Positions 25,912 to 38,235 of a stretch of DNA of 64,000 nucleotides are shown in pieces. Both the position numbers and the translations under genes were made by a program. The stretch comes from Octopus sinensis (lineage: Eukaryota): positions 161,076,001-161,140,000 of the forward strand of contig NC_042999.1 of the NCBI RefSeq assembly GCF_006345805.1. The letters are read 5' to 3'. Numbering within the stretch: the first letter of the stretch is position 1; each line of letters starts with the position of its first letter. The notes below the pieces were generated by a model. That model had not been told where the DNA came from, ran no database searches, and saw only the letters and a program-made list of their open reading frames with translations.

Positions 25912-25912
<1 letters not shown>
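25293..25912 (+). mobile_element. 5'-truncated L1/Tx1-clade LINE 3' end embedded in (ATCT)n
   Basis: FLSGQSLINFFKYHLKRKVRVERQVLS..RWVNVARMARMND (Tx1-type ORF2 C-terminus by recognition). 3' UTR ends GCCCTGTGTGGCTAATAAAGAAAC. Confidence 0.7.
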
Positions 25913-25993
<81 letters not shown>

Positions 25994-26580
25994 CCTCTCT
26001 ATCTTATCTATCGTATCTACACATCATCTCTTATTCTTCTGTTAAATTAAAACTTTAGCTTCTCAAACTTTCGTGACTCGTCTCTCTTTGCATCACAACT
26101 ACATGACAGAAAAAAGAAACGCTTTTCTACCGCTACTTGCTTTCATTGATACACTTCTACACAAATATAAAGCTCCTTTCACCTCGCCCTTTTCATTCCA
26201 TATGCATATATATGTGTGTGTGTGTGTGCTTGTATGCATATATGGGGGTACAGGACGTCACAAACAGAAAACAACATGAAATACGAGAACAAATGAGTTG
26301 AATACGCAAGCAACGAGAAAAACAAATGGAAAACAGGACAAGTAACATAAAGAACGACCCTTCATCTGTTGTCAGCTGTCTATCTACTCCTCATTTCGAG
26401 CTTTGAACGACAATATGAGTCTCCGAAGGCAGATGCTCCCATCAGTACCAAAATATAATTTGGGATTTATGGAGGGTCAAAGTTGGTAACAAAAACAGGA
26501 CAGTGGAGACACAAGGAAACCGAACGAAAAGAAACATGGAGGGTATTAGGTATATTTATATATGTATATTTGTGTGTGTT

Positions 26581-26646
<66 letters not shown>

Positions 26647-26854
26647 GTGAGAGAGAGAGAGAACGAGTGAGAGAAAATGAACGATAGAAGGGTATAGAAA
26701 GATAGATTGTATAATAAGTTAAGATTGATGGAAAAAGGTAGCTAACTAAGATAGACAGATGTGGAAGGAAAAGAAAAAAAGATTGATGACTGACGATAGA
26801 AATGAGGTGAGGTAAGTAAGAATATGCAGATGTGGCAGAATATGCATATGCATA

Positions 26855-27015
26855 GGCGCAGGAGTGGCTGTGTGGTAAGTAGCTTGCTAACCAACCACAT
26901 GGTTCCGGGTTCAGTCCCACTGCGTGGCATCTTGGACAAGTGTCTTCTGATATAGCCCCGGGCCGACTAATGCCTTGTGAGTGGATTTGGTAGACGGAAA
27001 CTGAAAGAAGCCTGT

Positions 27016-27058
<43 letters not shown>

Positions 27059-27274
27059 GTGTGTGTGTGTGTGTGTTTGTGTGTCTGTGTTTGTCCCCCT
27101 AGCATTGCTTGACAACCGATGCTGGTGTGTTTACGTCCCCGTCACTTAGCGGTTCGGCAAAAGAGACCGTTAGAATAAGTACTGGGCTTACAAAGAATAA
27201 GTCCCGGTGGTGCTCCAGCATGGCTGCAGTCAAATGACTGAAACAAGTAAAAAGAGTAAAAAGAGAAAAGAGTA
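26855..27274 (+). mobile_element. SINE family B
   Basis: Full-length, with a small internal deletion near the 3' end. Confidence 0.9.
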
Positions 27275-28065
27275 TGTAAGTGTGTATAAGTCTGTGTGTA
27301 GGCGCGCGTGTGTGTATATGTGAGTGTCTGTTCATGTGATGAACTGTTGGCATTAAGCCAGTAAAACAATTAATTAAATCTAACCAGTTTCTTCTAGAGC
27401 TGTAACCACATTCTTTCCTTCTTCGTCCCTCTCTTCCACTCCCATTCTCTTTCGTTATCAGTTGACTGCTGTTAATGACGGATATGGCAGTCGATGAAGT
27501 TGTTGATGCTGGTGGCATGGTAGTATTTGTGGTGGAATTAATGGTGGTTTTGGTGATGGTGATGATAATGCTGGAACTATCTGTCGTGGCAGAATGTTAG
27601 CTGTATTCATGTTGGAAATGTGTGTGATTGTAGTGACACTACGATGACAATATTGTTGGTCTTGATGATAATAGAGCTGGTGGTGGCAGTGGTAGTCGTA
27701 GGAAGAGATACGTTTGTTCCTGGACTTGTTTGTGATATTAATGTGTTTGATGATAATGGTAGTGGTGATGATGGTAGTAATACCAAAGGTAGTAACAGTG
27801 ATGTTACTAAAATATTATGATGTGTCGGGGATGGAAATAGTGACGATAATAACGGCAAAGATGGCGTCGAAAGTGTTGATGACGTAATAAGCGTTCCTTC
27901 AAAGACATAAAACAAAAGCCATAAAATCTCCCAGATTTACGACTTTAAAATGCCGAGACCAAATTACGTATAAAACTGTGTTTACTTGAATGCCTCGCAT
28001 TTCTCGGTTCAAGTTCTGCTGAGATCAAATTCTATTTAGCTGAGCAAGTGACAAATTTATTTCGA

Positions 28066-28262
28066 GCAACGGTGATCTGGCAGAATCGTTAGCATATCGG
28101 GTAAAATGTTTAGCGGCATTTCGTTCGTCTGCACATTCTGAGTTCAAATTCTGCTGACGTCGAGATCGATGAAATAAATACTCGTTGAACACTGGAGTTG
28201 ATGTAATCGACTTATCCCCTCCCTCAAAATTGGCGGCCTTCTGCCAAAATTTGAAACCAAAA
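28066..28262 (+). mobile_element. old SINE A-head subfamily with alternative tail
   Basis: SINE A head and core followed by CCCTCCCTCAAAATTGGCGGCCTTCTGCCAAAATTTGAAACC instead of the Tx1-like tail. Confidence 0.7.
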
Positions 28263-28776
28263 TGCTTAGGACAATGCACTCCACTTTTGATTATCCAAAA
28301 GATAAAGCTTATGCAAATCGATACATAAAAACTATACGTCTAAACACCCCTCCTTTCTGTATCATCTGTTGAACGATTATCCAGATAATCTCTGTGGATA
28401 GGGAAACGGACTTATCCAAGAAATAGAGGAATACAAAGGTGGTTTCCTGTTAACTTTGTTCGAGTATTGTTTTGGTTTTATTCAAAAGAGTATCTTGTTG
28501 GCTACACAGTCACATTCAATGCGCATGCGCTCACAAAGTAACGCACACACACACACACATGCTCACGCATACACGGACACACTCTTTTTCCCTTTCTCTT
28601 TCTTATACACACACACTCACACAGTCATAGGAAAAGCGATGGCTTAACAAAGACAATGGTTTCTAACACATGAGAAAACCTTCGATTTCAGGTGAGAGAA
28701 AATAGGTAATTGCTATAGGCATGCTTATTCTTAAAAAAATAGCAGTTGCGGCTGGAAGAACTGAAAGGATGAATGA

Positions 28777-28862
<86 letters not shown>

Positions 28863-29242
28863 GAGAGCTGTTCTGTAATATTTATTCCAGATACATTCCG
28901 GTAAAACCACATAAAAGTTTTCGTATGCGCGCGCACGTGTTTATTTTTAATGTGGTTATTTTCGTGCTTTGATACAATCGATTTTAATTAAAATAATTGC
29001 TAAATAGACACGTTGAATGCCCTTTACCAGTCAGTGCTAATTAATTTTAACTTTGGTTATGCAAACAGTTTATTAATATTTTGCTTTCTTATATTACTAA
29101 GGACGTTTTACTTGCGGTTTCGTGCATGCACGTCTGAATGGATTTATTGAATAATGGTAGTGTCTTTATAAGAGTTGATTACGTGTTTGTAGAAGATAGG
29201 TTTTTATACGTGCTACTACCGCTGCTGATGGTGATAATAGTA

Positions 29243-29624
29243 TAGGAGCACTCCGTCGGTTACGACGATGAGGGTCCCAGCTGATACGATCAACTGAACA
29301 GCTTGCTCGTGGAATTAACGTGCAAGTGGCTGAGCACTCCACAGACACGTGTACCCTTAACGTAGTTCTCGAGGAGATTCAGTGTGACACAGAGTGTGAC
29401 AAGGCCGGGCCTTTGAAATACAGGTACAACAGAAACAGGAAGAAAGAGTGAGAGAAAGTTGTGGTGAAAGAGTACAACAGGGATCACCACCACCCCCTGC
29501 AGGAGCCTCGTGAAGCTTTAGGTGTTTTCGCTCAATAAACACTCACAACGCCCGGTCTGGAAATCGAAACCGCGATCCTATGACCGCGAGTCCGCTGCCC
29601 TAACCACTGGGCCATTGCGCCTCC
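29243..29624 (-). mobile_element. SINE family C with 11-bp TSD
   Basis: TSD TGATAATAGTA at 29232-29242 and 29625-29635. Confidence 0.92.
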
Positions 29625-30205
29625 TGATAATAGTAATAATAGTGGAAAAAGGAAAAAGGTGAAGAAAATGAAAGTGAGAATAAGCTGAGTTTATGAGAAG
29701 AGATTAAAGTATCTTTACGTTGTCTTTAAGGAGAATTTTAATGATAATTCGGCTCTCGCTGGCTAAATTATTTCTATCTAGGTTGATGTGTGTGTGTGTG
29801 TGTGTGTAACGTTACGATTAAGTTATGTAATAGATCCTTAGTTACTAGTTTACACAATGAGACAAATGAATTTAGATTTAAGGTCAATTTCTTCTGCGTT
29901 GGAAGTTGTTTACATTATGACATGCATACAATGTATTCGGAGCGCAGTTATAAGGTTTGGGAGAAGAATTAATAAAGTTGATTTAATGAATGAAAATGTA
30001 AGAAAGCGAATTTGTACAGAAGGTTTAATGCTAAAAGACTAGGTGAGAGGTTTGAGCGTATTCTAGATATACACAGTAATATTTTGAGTAAACGTAAAAT
30101 GATTTCGAATTCATAGCTTGCAACTAAATTAAAAGATTAGAATGCTAGAGAGATAGATAATAAGTATGGTAAACACATCCTAAATTTAATGCTAGAAGTC
30201 TGACT

Positions 30206-30287
30206 GGTAACTTGCCCAGGCGGCGTAAGTCGCTGGTTTTAGGCACCAGTCTCTTTGGAAGCGTGGGTTCGAATCCCACCACTGCTA
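30206..30287 (+). tRNA. tRNA-Leu(UAG), probable pseudogene
   Basis: 82 nt. Anticodon arm CTGGT-TTTAGGC-ACCAG, long variable arm, T-loop GGTTCGAATCCC, downstream T-run. Acceptor stem and D-arm/A-box carry mismatches. Confidence 0.8.
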
Positions 30288-31028
30288 ATAGTTATTTTTT
30301 CTTTCATGGCGGTGCCCGGCATAGCTGCAGTCTACAAGTAAAAGGTAAAGCAAATGATTATACCACAACAATTTTTAGTATTAAAAGATTAATTAGGAAA
30401 TTCAAATGTATTCGAGATGTATTTTATATTTTTAAATGAATATGGAACAGTTTTGGGTTGACAACTCGAAGCTAAATGTTAAATGCGACAAAATAGAGGT
30501 ATGAGTGGGATTATAGCATTAAATAATATTCTAAAGATTATAAACCTGGAAAATTACAGGACAAGTTATCACACTTGGAAAAGTTCAGGACAATTTATTA
30601 CATCTGGTAAAGTATAGAACAAGAAAATTCATACTTAAATCATTGCAGCTAAGGATAAAATTTCAAATAAAATATTTAGATTTAGAAAATATTAGCTTTA
30701 AAAAATTCATTTTTAAAATTATAAATTTGAAATTTGAAAATAGGTTATGAAAAATGATAGTAGTATCATCATTAGTTAGTACAACAAATAGAATAATACA
30801 AAAATTAGTTATATATTACAGTAAAATCAACCTATAACAACAAAATCACAGCAAAATTTGCTTGAGTTATTGCATAAGTTATTGCCAAGTCTCCACATTT
30901 TTAGTCTTGACCCAATGCCTACTGTTTTCAGTCGTGTTTGTCCGTTGACAAGATATCTCGAGAATCGCTGGATGGATTCGGACGTTTGGCCTCATGACTG
31001 GTACGAACTGATTAGGTTTTGGGATCTA

Positions 31029-32700
31029 TTTTTTTATTACCCATGTGGGCTAACATGGAGGTGATAAAACAAAACATGTGGGACATAAAACATATATAAT
31101 AATATAGAAATGAATATCATAATGTATGAAGACATGAATATGAGAAGTGGAAATGGAACCACTCGCCCCACTTACGAGTGGCCTCATTTTCTACTTTTTA
31201 AATCCCGAACCTTCCAACACATCGATACCTGTTTCCTCTAACCACCTATCGTACGTCGTAAAGTCTGGGAATGAGCTCCAGCTGCAGTCCACCTCCCAAC
31301 AATAAAATCCAACCATGTACTATTGTATGTTTTCCTCCTGTTTCTTATCTGGTATTACACACAAGTGATGTTCCTCCATGTTATCATACCCCTTAGTTCC
31401 AATACATTTTATGTCCCATTCTGCCGAATCCCTTAACATTTCGTCGCTAAGCAACATATATATCCTACACTTTTTCCTTCTCTCTTTTGACTTGAGGGAT
31501 GGGTTTTGGGTTTCTTTGTATGTGTTTGCCTCTTGTTTTTGTGTCGGATGGAAATGGATAGGCCTAGTGTCTGCAGGGAGTGGGTGGGTCTGAGAGGGTG
31601 TGGGTGGGATGGGTGTGGAATGGGGTTTACAGTTTAGCTCACTTGCTTTTTTAGTTTTCTTCCTGTCACATTTTCCCATTTATTTTTTTCTATTTCCGCT
31701 ACTTCCTTTTCTTTTTCGGTTACTTCCTTTCTACAGCACTCTTCTATCTTCTCTTCCGTATTTTCTGGTCGCTTTTCCTCTGGTATTCTTGTCTTTGATG
31801 TAGATTCTGCTCTTATGTGTCAGGCCACATTTAAAGCAGCGTGGAACTCTTCCTCCCACCCTGACAGTCATAATTGTTTCTTCCATATTTTTTGTTTCCG
31901 TAATCTTTTCCGTCGTTTCTTTTGAACCCTGGACTATCATCTCCAGTGATTGACCTCTCCAGTTGACACAATTTTTTTTCTTGGCCTGGAACACCACTAT
32001 GTTGTCTTCATTACCAAAGAGGACCGCATCTGCCACCCAGATCACATCAATCTCCGGTGGGATTCCTTCAACCGTTACCCTTGTTGCTCTCATGCCTCTA
32101 TACGTGGGCAAAAGCACCACTTCTTCGCTCCGAATTGTCGACGCTGCATGTTTCCTTGCTGCTGTTGCATTACGAAACCTTACTTCTACTGTTCCAGATG
32201 TTGAGCCTTTAGTCAGGTATATTATGTCTTCCCAAATCTGCTTTGACGGCTTTTCTATTTGTTCTGTTGTGACGACGTCTATTCTTCCTTTATTTATCGA
32301 AAAGGTTAGATAGATTATTGTGTTTTCCCTTATTCTGTTTTTATCCTTTTGCGGGGGCGACAACTTCACTTTGAACCCATCTCGGTTCATTTCTTCTTTG
32401 TGTCTTCCGAATTCCCTGATATCCACTTCTGTTTCCTTGCACCTTGCACCTTGCTGCATCAGCAAAATCCCTCTTCTCTTTTCTCAGTTTCTGGTCCATT
32501 GTCTTAAACTGCCTCCAACAACTCCTCCTCGGATGATGACATGTCTGAGTAACTATAACTGTCTTCAGATATTCTTCAACCAGCTGTCTCTTCTCGTAAG
32601 TGAAGAGAAAGCACAAACAAAACACACGTAAACTCCAAAACCGCTGCAAAGCAGCATAAAAACTATAAAAAAAACCCACCGGCACAAAGCCACAACTGGC
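31029..32700 (-). mobile_element. ORF1-only, poly(A)-ended Tx1-related element (HAL1-like)
   Basis: ORF1 (RRM-like VEVRF..TYRGMRATRVTVEGIPPEI; PRCFKCG knuckle remnant; extra C-terminal domain) runs from ~32499 to 31191 with a few lesions. It is followed directly by a ~160-nt UTR and AATAAAAAAA. No EN/RT. Confidence 0.65.
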
Positions 32701-33054
32701 ACGCACCGACTCGACCTTAGGATCGATCGGTACCGGACAAGGATTCTGGGTTGTTTTTATGTTTTTTTTAAACTTAATTTTTGAGATCGGTCGGGTTCAT
32801 TTTTAGCATTCTCGTTTGTGAGAGCAGTTGAGTTTAGTTTCAGATATTCCCATTTTAAAAATCATCTCCGACTAATCGTTGAGAGAACGTTAGTGTTGTC
32901 GTTAGTGTTATATCGAGTCATTTGATTTCCAGCTGCGTTTTGAGGTGTGTTCGCTCCATGTGAGTCTTGTTGTTATTTTGTTATTGTTAAACTGTTATAT
33001 TACTGAATTGTTGGATTAATTGTAGCCTGGATTATTCATTTTTCTTCCCCATTT

Positions 33055-33650
33055 ATGGGTGAAGTTGTGGATAATATTATGGAAGGTAAACCAGCACCAG
33101 AAGGCAGTTACGCTGCCGTAACTGGCAAGAGTCTAACAGCAGATATACTGCAAGTTAGAGAAATTGAACGAAACGAAACTAATTTCAAGAACTATAACGA
33201 TTTATTGAGAAAGGAAGGAGACAGCCTGAGGCTGACACCGCCTAAGGAAGTCATAGAAAAAAAAACAGAGAAAAAACAATTATATATATAGAACGCTGTC
33301 CCTCACAACAAAAAAGTGGAAATAGCAGCTGTGAAGGCGTTTGAAAACGACATTCTACACCAGAGGAAAGAAATACGGTAGAGTGGAGGTACGCTTCGTG
33401 AGTGAAGAAGAAGCGATAAAACACTCCACTATGCCTTTGAGATCAACTGAGTAAGTGCTACTACTAACCTACTGTGGCAAACGTGCAGCCAGAGTAAGGA
33501 TTGGTAGAGTGCCCCCAGAAATTGACGAGGCGTGGCTGGTGGCAGCCATCCTCTATAATACAGAGGACGACATCCAAATATTGAAGACCACAAGAACTAC
33601 GGAGGTGAACTGAAGGGAGTATGGGCTGGCGGTATCGGTTCATAAAAGAT
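33055..33650 (+). pseudogene. L1/Tx1-type ORF1 relic, 3'-truncated
   Basis: MGEVV..SYAAVTGK..LRLTPPKE..VEVRFVSEEEA..TYCGKRAARVRIGRVPPEIDEAWLVAAIL across frameshifts. Confidence 0.72.
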
Positions 33651-35591
33651 TACCAGACCGCTACAAGATTGAGAATAATTTCTTTTAAAACTTCATTACA
33701 TGAGATACCATGGAATTCCTCGAATTGAGCTCTATCATTTAAGTTTAATCAAAATATAGTTTGTTTTTAAAATAAAAAAAGTTAATTATACTTAACTCCA
33801 ATTATTTTACCTTCCTTAAATTCTTTCATGATATTTTACCTCACAATTTTTTCCATACAAATTTTTGTTGCATAGGAACAAAACTATGAAATTCTTCATG
33901 CTTTCCTTTATCATCGAAGCTAGATAAATGTATTTTGCTCTTAAAATTTAAAAAAATTTATTTAGATGTAAAATTGATTGGTGGTGTTACTTACTCTCCT
34001 ATAACGTTGCTACAAATTTTGAAGCAAACTTTTTTTCTACTGGATCAAATTTCAATTTTTTTAATGCCAAAATGTAACTAGGGACCAGTCCTCTTCAAAA
34101 ATGTTAACAGTTTTCAATTTGGTTAAGAACTGAATTAGCGACAAGCTCTGAAAAATGCTGCGAGTGAGTAAATTGCGACCATAAGAATATTATTCAACTA
34201 CTACTGTAGTTGAATGATACAGGTCGAAATTGCTGACCTTGTACCAAAATTTGAAACTATTTAGTAATTCAATTTCATGTTAAAACGTTTTCAAGGATGT
34301 TTGAGTTGTGTTTTTTTTTTCTCTCTGTATGTTGTGGTTCAAACGGTAATCATATCTGAGAATATTCGTGTATTTTGGACATCGAGCGTTCAATAGTTGG
34401 TTAGTATTTGTTATTCGTTGGTCATAGCTACTTGTTTCTGAATATATTCATGGTTTATGGTAGTGTTTATCATTATAATATATCTATATTGATGAGTTTA
34501 ATCCATGTTGTTTATTTAACTTTTAGTCAGGCACGGAGCCATCTTCGCGGGAAAATTGTTTAAGTAAGAATGATATTAATCTTTAGCACACTGCATTTTC
34601 TCTTAAACTGTTTCCCTGACGCTGCCCTGTTACTACAGGGGCGAAAACTCATATGGTGAGATGATGCACCTACAATGTGCTAAACGTTAATGGACCTAGT
34701 GAGAACGTAAGAGTATATGCAAATTTATGCAAAGAAGAGCATAAAAAGTGACCGATTGTATCACAGGATTTGTCTGGTTGAAGTAGAGGCATTTTTCTTT
34801 GGCAATTAGTGATGATAAGTTTATTTTACACATTATAGGCGTGTGTTAGTGTGTGTGTGTGTGTGTGTGTGGTGTGTGTGTGTGTGGTGTGTGTGTGTTA
34901 GTGTGTTTGTGTGTGATTGGATTCATAAATGATCTTTCTTTGTTTACCGGTGATGCTAATGTTTGTAGAATAATGTCTGGCAAAATATGCCTGGCTCAGT
35001 TTTGTGCAAGTCAAGAAACTTCAGCTGTATAGGTGGTACTCGATTGTACACAGTCTCATGTCTTGAAAGGATTGTGGTTACTCGGTCACTGTTCTAATAA
35101 ATTATGGAGCCGCTGACTTTCAGTTTTGACGTAGAAACCACAACGGTGAAACAGAAACGCGCGCGCGAATGCACACAATAGCAAACACCTACCCACCCAC
35201 TCACACACACACACACACATATACACACACAGACATACAAACATACATAAAGGTGCTCATTGTATGTGGTTGTGTTTTGCTGAGAAAGGCGGGGCGGGGG
35301 TGGTTTCCATGTAAACAAGCAACCAAAAAGTGCTCCACCTTTGCTGAGATCATTACAAGGAAGAAACAATGCAGGTCGATCAGTCTCCACGTACGGAGAG
35401 AAAAGCGTTGTATTTGTGAACTTGGTGTCCGTGATTTAATGAGTGATTTGTTGGTTTGTATTATAATGGAGGAGATGGGGGATAAGGTGAGGAGTAGGCG
35501 TATTGGTAGGGTGAGTGAGGGGTTGTAGTTATTGAGTTGTAGTTGTAGGTAACTGAGGGACTAGTTTTAGTTATGTTGTAATGATGGAAGT

Positions 35592-35935
35592 GAAGGCGCG
35601 TGGCTCAGTGGTTAGAGCGTCGAGCTTACGATCGTGAGATTGTGAGCTCGAATCCCGGACCGGGCTGCCTGTTGTGTTCTTGAGCAAGGCACTTTATTTC
35701 ACGTTGCTCCAGTTCACTCAGCTGCAGAAATGAGTTGCGATGTCACTGGTGCCAAGCTGTATCGGTCCCTTTGCCTTTCCCTTGGATAACACTGGTGGCG
35801 TGGAGAGGGGAGGCTGGTATGCATGGGCGACTGCTGGTCTTCCATAAAAACAACCTTGCCCAGACTTTTGCCTCAGAGGGTAACTCTCTAGGTACAAGCC
35901 CATGGTCAGTGTCTGACAGAAGGGGGTCACAACAA
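35592..35935 (+). mobile_element. SINE family D (tRNA head + Deu/Nin-like core)
   Basis: GGCTCAGTGGTTAGAG..CTCGAATCCC head, then TGTGTTCTTGAGCAAGGCACTT..GCTCCAGTTCACTCAGCTG. Confidence 0.8.
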
Positions 35936-36464
35936 TGATGGATATCTTGGGGAAGAGGTTTGGGTGCGTTGAAGTTGAGTGTAGACGTGTAGAAGGGTTT
36001 CAATACATTTATGTGCAAAGGGTGTCTGGATATGTTTAAGCTGGTGTGCAGTTGAAAAATGGTTTGAGTATAATTGGGTAGGGAGCGCTAACCGATTTGA
36101 TGTTTAAATACTAGGCAGAGAAGTACGAGGCGTGGTTTGCGTTTGGATAAGTGGAGGGTAGAGAGTATCATTTGTATACTTTTTACTTTAAGTTGTTTAT
36201 TTTGGTGAAAATTAGGAAAAGGATAACATTGCAGTGATAGATAGATAGCTAGTTAGATAGATAGATAGGCAAACAGACCGACGAGAAATGGCTATAAAAC
36301 GCATGTATATGAGAGAAAACATGTGTATGGATGTATGCACGTGCATGAATGTGTGATGTACAACTGCTGTTGCTGTTTAACCTTAGGTCACTTCTGATTG
36401 AGTAAACTCTTGAGAAAAGGCGTCCCAGCAATGACCATTCAACCAATATATTAAAGTTAAAGGA

Positions 36465-36853
36465 GTGGAGGTGCAATGGCCCAGTGGTTAGGGCAGCGGA
36501 CTCGCGGTCATAGGATCGCGGTTTCGATTCCCAGACCAGGCATTGTGAGTGTTTATTGAGCGAAAACACCTAAAGCTCCACGAGGCTCCGGCAGGGGATG
36601 GTGGTGATCCCTGCTGTACTCTTTCACCACAACTTTCTCTCACTCTTACTTCCTGTTTCTGTTGTACCTGTATTTCAAAGGGCCGGCCTTGTCACTCTCT
36701 GTGTCACGCTGAATATCCCCGAGAACTACGTTAAGGGTACACGTGTCTGTGGAGTGCTCAGCCACTTACACGTTAATTTCACGAGCAGGCTGTTCCGTTG
36801 ATTCGGATCAACCGGAACCCTCGTCGTCGTAACCGACGGAGTGCTTCCATCCA
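36465..36853 (+). mobile_element. SINE family C with 13-bp TSD
   Basis: TSD TAAAGTTAAAGGA at 36452-36464 and 36854-36866. Confidence 0.92.
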
Positions 36854-37059
36854 TAAAGTTAAAGGAAAACTGGGATGGTTACGCTGCGTTTGTTTGCTCG
36901 ATAAGGAGTTGAACGACAAAAGCAATAATATTTATCACCGATTAAAACCCTCAAGGCCCAGCCACGTTGGTTGTTGGTCCGACATCAAGTAGACATTGAA
37001 CCATTTAAAATCTTCTAGTTTGACGCATATATACAGTAAGGTCGACTACTGAACGCGCG

Positions 37060-37104
<45 letters not shown>

Positions 37105-37119
37105 ACACACACACACACA

Positions 37120-37360
37120 GCTCTATCTGCGACGATTTCATCTCAATCGAAGGAGAGGGGCTTTCTCCGTCCGTGGAATAAGCTACCGGACGAGATAGTG
37201 AAGATGCCGACGACCGCTCGGTTCAAAGTCTCTCTTGATCACAAATGGCCTGAACTCTTTATATGAACACCCTCCTTGTACATAACTCCATGTCCCCCTA
37301 CATGGCCTTGCTTTTTTGCTTTTTGAGCCAAAAAATTAACTAACTAACTAACTAACTAAT
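37120..37360 (+). mobile_element. CR1/L2-group LINE 3' end with (AACT)n tail
   Basis: RPWNKLPDEIVKMPTTARFKVSLDHKWPELF*, short UTR, then AACTAACTAACT. Confidence 0.75.
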
Positions 37361-37473
37361 ACACTAATTTTAGACAGAGGACATTGACCATACTTGGGCA
37401 CCACCTTCAAAGGCTTTATTCGATCATATCGGCTTATTTTAGTCAGGAAATCATTTTTTCATCTCTTAGTCGA

Positions 37474-37529
<56 letters not shown>

Positions 37530-37919
37530 GCACTCATATATACCTGTGTGTATTGTATATATATATATAAATGTGAGGCGATATAGATAGATAGACGGCG
37601 AGGCAGAGAGAGACAGACAGACAGCTAGATAGAGCAGAGAAAATATCGTCAGCTAAATATTGTCAATGTCAAACGTTAACTAGAAAACGAAATGGCGAAT
37701 TGTTTGTTACTGGCTGTTAATGATTTGTCCTTCCTCCTCTCCTTTCTTTTTTCCTTTATTTCTATTCATGTGCCTAATAAAGAAGCATCAGGTGGTGGTA
37801 AGGTCTCAATAAACAGCTCAAATAAACAATATCAATAACGTAATTGAATAAATATAAACACCATACAACATTGAAACGCTTCAAGGCGGCTAACACCCGC
37901 ACCATTTTCTTCTTCGGTC

Positions 37920-38235
37920 TAGTCTTCTTCTTCTTCTTCTTCTTCTTCTTCTTCTTCTTCTTCTTCTTCTTCTTCTTCTTCTTCTTTCTTCTTCTCTTCT
38001 TCTTCTTCTTTTTGTTTCTTCTTCTTTCTTCTTCTTCTTCTTCTTCTTCTTCTTCTTCTTCTTCTTCTTTTCCCGCCACCACCACCACCACCACCACCTC
38101 CTCATCCTCCTCTTTCTTCTTCTTCTTCTTCTTCTTTTCCCACCTCCTCCTTCTTTTTCTTCTTCTTCTTCTTCTTCTTCTTCTTCTTCTTCTTCTTCCT
38201 CCTCCTCCTCCTCCTCCTCGCTGTGGTCGTCGCCA
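37920..38235. repeat. (CTT)n/(CCA)n/(CCT)n trinucleotide array
   Basis: Direct reading. Confidence 0.95.

Noticed and set aside
33960-34060. Possible hAT dimerisation motif (LLTL..TVAT..FST)
   Set aside because: Needs frameshifts and is too short to support by eye.
34615-34665. Hammerhead-like CTGACGC..GCCCTGT-TACT-ACAGGGGC-GAAA
   Set aside because: Core A9 is altered, and stem I and the cleavage triplet cannot be formed. At most a decayed copy.
35940-36240. Possible decayed LINE RT C-termini on the minus strand (also ~12200-12340 and ~29900-30070)
   Set aside because: Only vague resemblance, with no diagnostic motif.
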